Below, one piece after another: positions 60,269-64,000 of a stretch of DNA of 64,000 nucleotides (position 1 is its first letter; each line of letters starts with the position of its first letter). Source of the DNA: Lingula anatina (Eukaryota > Animalia > Brachiopoda); assembly GCA_051362555.1 (NCBI GenBank), contig CM120645.1:18972001-19036000 (forward strand). Direction: 5' to 3'. Made by a program: the position numbers and the translations under genes. Below the pieces are notes generated by a model. That model was given only the letters and a program-made list of their open reading frames with translations, did not search any database and was not told where the DNA came from.

Positions 60269-62820
60269 CTTTTTTCACCAATGAAAAGATCCATTTTTCA
60301 GAACCAATCAACACGTTCCACGGTGCATACAAAACAGAAAACGAACCAGTACGGCTAAGTTACCATAACAACTCGCACTATAACTCTGTGGTTGACCCAT
60401 ATAAAGCCACAGTGGGAGTAGGCCTAGGGCTCCCAGGGTTTCAACCGGGGGTAAGTGTGAACTGTTTGTAATTCAAAAGCAGAGGAATTATTTTCAGCTG
60501 CCATAATATACTTCGTGAAAATGAATTCAGTCTCATCTTAGAAACTTTCCTCTTGATGCCCCATCAACTTGACTTCTGCCATTCACCCAGGAATTTTTCT
60601 TTCTTTTTAAAACCGATAAAGTTTACTCATGGCAAATATTCATTTTATCATTTTTTTTTTTTTTTTGCATTTTATTCATTGACAGATGGGAGGTGTATAA
60701 GTTGAGTATTTTTATATTTCAGTCTGCAGATAAAAACCTTATGAATAATGCAATAAAGCAGTCTGAAGACTTCCACATAGAGCAGGTCAGTGCACTTTCA
60801 TTGCTGGTGCTCATTTTGTCATAGTCAAAAGAGCAGAATGACACCATGATTGAGTAAATTGTCCATAGATAAGAAGTGCAATTTAAATTTTTTTCTTTCC
60901 AAATGGTGCTGATAACTACAGGTGTTAGACTAAGGTTTTTTCATCTTCCCTTAAGTGATGATAATAAAGTATCTAAACATATACATATTTTTTTTGTCTC
61001 TGGGACATGGCTGTTTATAATTTAGCCAAAAACGTGAAAATCAGATTTAACCCCATTAAGAAACCATGTTTTTATTCACTGAATTTATTTGTCATCTTCG
61101 TTTCAGACTATGTTAGACGATAAAATGCGAGAAACAGACTGGGAGCTCACCCAGGAGACCATGGAGGAGCAAGTGGCTCGCGAGTCCTACTTACAATGGC
61201 TCCGCGAGAATGAGAAAAGAGCAAAAGGACAAGCATCAGTATGATAAATTAACTTTTTACTTCATTCTGTTATAGTGCTTTACCTAATCTCAAAATGCTT
61301 GTACAGGTTTTGTTAGATGTAATTCAGAATGGACATGTTTTAAGAAGTTACTTATCGTTAAACAGTATCTTTGATTTAATTGTCATTTACTGGTCCATTG
61401 AAGACTTGTATTTGAATGTATTTAAAGTGACTGCTTTTTATATTTCTATTTTTTTTAAATTATTTGCGATATTATCTATGATAACAAAATTGTTCCATAT
61501 GAAAGTCTTAAGGCTGATATTTTGTGTAATATTAAAAAAGGCAAGTTGTTTCAAAATAGATAAGAAACTAACACCGTCTCACTATGATCACGTCAGTCAA
61601 CTTGTTAAAACGGACTTCTGGTCATGCTTCATAATATGAAATCTAATGTTTTATAGGTCTGGTTACACTCATATGACTCTGTTTAGTTGTTTTTTTTTAC
61701 CTTAATCAGCTAGGTGTATCATGTGGATTGTAATATAAATTGATATGAAGTCTTGTTTCTTTCAGTCTAAAAGTGCCAGTGCTACCTGTAGCAGCAGTTC
61801 TATGGCAGATGGACAGTCCTTCACCTGGAGGGAGGGGCTGTCACCTGTCAATGTCACCACTCACGCTGTGCGGTCACCAAGAAACCGTAGCGCTAATAAC
61901 TCTGGACAGAACAGTCCGAATAGGATGGACACTTCTGAAGCTCTGCCGTCACCCCCGCCACCCAAGCTACCTGTACAGAATGGTATGGAACCAAAATATT
62001 CCTTTGTTTTTCTAAACTTCAGCTACTTGAGCCGTAAAGGAATATTTTGCTTTGGCTTTAAATTCTAATCCTGTTTACTGAATTAGGATTAGTAAAGGGT
62101 GCAGCTCTATTCCCTCGTCTCTATATACAGAACCAAGATCTCTGATAGAGGACACCAAGAAAAAAAAATTGATTTTTTTGTTTAGATTCAGGAATCTTGA
62201 TGGACATGCTGTTATTCTAATGAGAGTGCTGTAGGTTCTTTTTTAATTTTAGACCAAGGTGCATGTGCTGGGTCCCCAAAGCCTGGGTCCAGTGGAGTGC
62301 TGAACCGAAGCCCCTCACCTCCTGGGGCCTGTGGGGGTGTGGCCTCTTTTTCTGAAACAGCTTCCATTATGAATCAACTTCCACCAAATGCATTTAGTAA
62401 GCATATTGAGATTACTGGTTCACTTGTATTTTTATTCTCCCAATTGAAACAAAAAATAATAATTGATAGAATTATGGTTCAATATATACTTAAATGTTCA
62501 TTAAAAAAAAAAAGATCAGTATGAAATTACTAAAAGACCAGACCATTTATTTCCAAAGTTGAACTTTCTAATATTCAATTTTTTTTTTTTTTTTTTGTCC
62601 TTTACATTTGGTATCTTCAAAATTACTAATGCTCTAAATGTGTGTATGTTCTGTTGTTTTTGACTTTCACTTTCACTTTCCAGACCTTTCAGACTGGGTC
62701 ACTGATGATGATGACATTTTGGCTCAAGTGATGGCCCAGTCGCAACAAGAATATCTGGACAGTCTGAGGAAGAACGCTGCTGGCACAAGTAAACAATCCT
62801 CATCCAGCGGAAACAGCTAA
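57311..62820 (+). CDS. OTUD5: OTU domain-containing deubiquitinase 5 (DUBA), 10 exons, 533 aa
   Basis: Exons 57311-57754, 58500-58593, 58835-58899, 59642-59798, 60302-60450, 60723-60785, 61107-61238, 61766-61982, 62253-62396, 62684-62820 (1602 nt, all GT-AG, in frame). MTILPKKK start, [15 protein letters not shown] catalytic Cys, HYNS catalytic His, VGVGLGLP, C-terminal [16 protein letters not shown]. Confidence 0.97.
58964..59176. mobile_element. Palindromic MITE-like element (family P) in OTUD5 intron 3
   Basis: tta|ggctctattcccatagatt ... aatctatggaaatggggtg|taa; related to 48107-48332 and 1-212. Confidence 0.7.
60207..60265. repeat. (TA)n microsatellite near the 3' end of OTUD5 intron 4
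   Basis: Direct reading. Confidence 0.95.
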
Positions 62821-64000
62821 CACACACTGCAGGGCAGCATAGGTTGATATATAGGGTTTCTATTTTACACTGATCAGTAATGCTTCTAAAAGTGGGACGC
62901 ATTGTTAAGGTTTAAAGACCACTCTCATTTACAATAAAGACAAACTCTTTTTAGTTTATGACTACCCCAATGGCATATTTCAGTGTTTAAAGGCTATCGT
63001 AATATATGCAGCAAATGAAATCTAATTTTTTTTTTTTCATTTTTGATGAAGAAAATGGAGGGTTAACATATCCCTGATTTTGATGGGACAGTAAGTTGAG
63101 AATTGTTCCAGTGTTAGCAGTAAGCTGGGCTGGTCTATCTGCTGTGTGATCATTTTGTGTCCGTGTTCTTCACATTGTGATGAGGAATTGTGGCATTATA
63201 CCATTTCATATAACACAGATATATGCAATCCCCGTCAGTAGTTGGTTAAGACTTGCCCAGTGCCATAAGCCACTGTGGTATCTTTCTGATGCCGGTGTTT
63301 GTATGGAATTCGATAGTAGATGCTTGACTGAGTTTTTAGGATGAAAAAAAATTCCTATGATTAAAGTGTGGTATGTCATTGAGAGTGTACATTTACTTGT
63401 GTCCTTCCATTTCTGTGAAGTAGGGCATACTAATGAGCTTCCATGCAAGATATTTGAGTTGTCTTGTGTTGGCACCATTTGGTCAGGGGTGGTGGAGGGT
63501 GAACACTGCCATATCCTAGAATTCACTGTGGGGGGAATGGGGCACAAGGAAAACTTTTTCCTCACTCTGCTCATCAGATATAAACCAGTAGAGGAGGACT
63601 ATTTTGTAAGGGTATGTAAGGCACATCTTCACTGCTCTATTAGTTTATTTATTATGTACTTGAGTAATTGGGACACACTCAGCGATGATGTTTGATTGAT
63701 GGTTTTTGTGCTAGTGACTTTTCATGTTACTTCTCACATGTCATTTAAACCACATCATATTTGCTTTGCTTTGTTGTTGTAGGTAAATACTTAAAACTGC
63801 TAAGATATACAAAGGTTTGCTGACCCCCTCCCCCTCTGAACAAATTAGATAGCAAGTGATTAGTTGATGGAAAAAAGTGCATTTGGAAACTTGTCACATA
63901 TATAAGAATATCCTGTCAATGGTGACACCCCTACTTTGCTTGCAGAAAAGAACCTTTAAAAAGTTGCTGGATTTTGAATAGAAATATTTGTGAATGGGAA

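Noticed and set aside
63206-63695. Overlapping 122-aa and 112-aa ORFs downstream of OTUD5
   Set aside because: No domains or splice signals; most likely 3' UTR or intergenic sequence.

Overview
AT-rich, repeat- and microsatellite-rich genomic DNA from a eukaryote, most likely a bilaterian invertebrate. Most short ORFs in the track are noise. Four gene loci are supported. (1) A single-coding-exon class A GPCR resembling orphan GPR61/GPR62 (31902-33254, +). (2) A gene the ORF track fragments but splicing reconstructs (37919-45014, -): a signal-peptide exon, nine 240-nt phase-1 exons (eight nearly identical) and a terminal exon. It encodes an 807-aa secreted polyprotein of ten helical units, with an RKGR convertase-type site opening units 2-10. 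(3) A disabled sarcoplasmic-calcium-binding (SCP)/aequorin-family EF-hand gene, with a young 5'-truncated LINE (10-bp TSD, poly-A) just upstream of its EF-hand exon, probably in an intron. (4) A complete 10-exon OTUD5/DUBA gene (57311-62820, +). The first ~31 kb has no recognisable gene and carries several MITE families, old LINE fragments and simple repeats. The most interesting element is the tandem-exon polyprotein; I do not recognise its family. All coordinates and translations were derived by hand and no database search was run.
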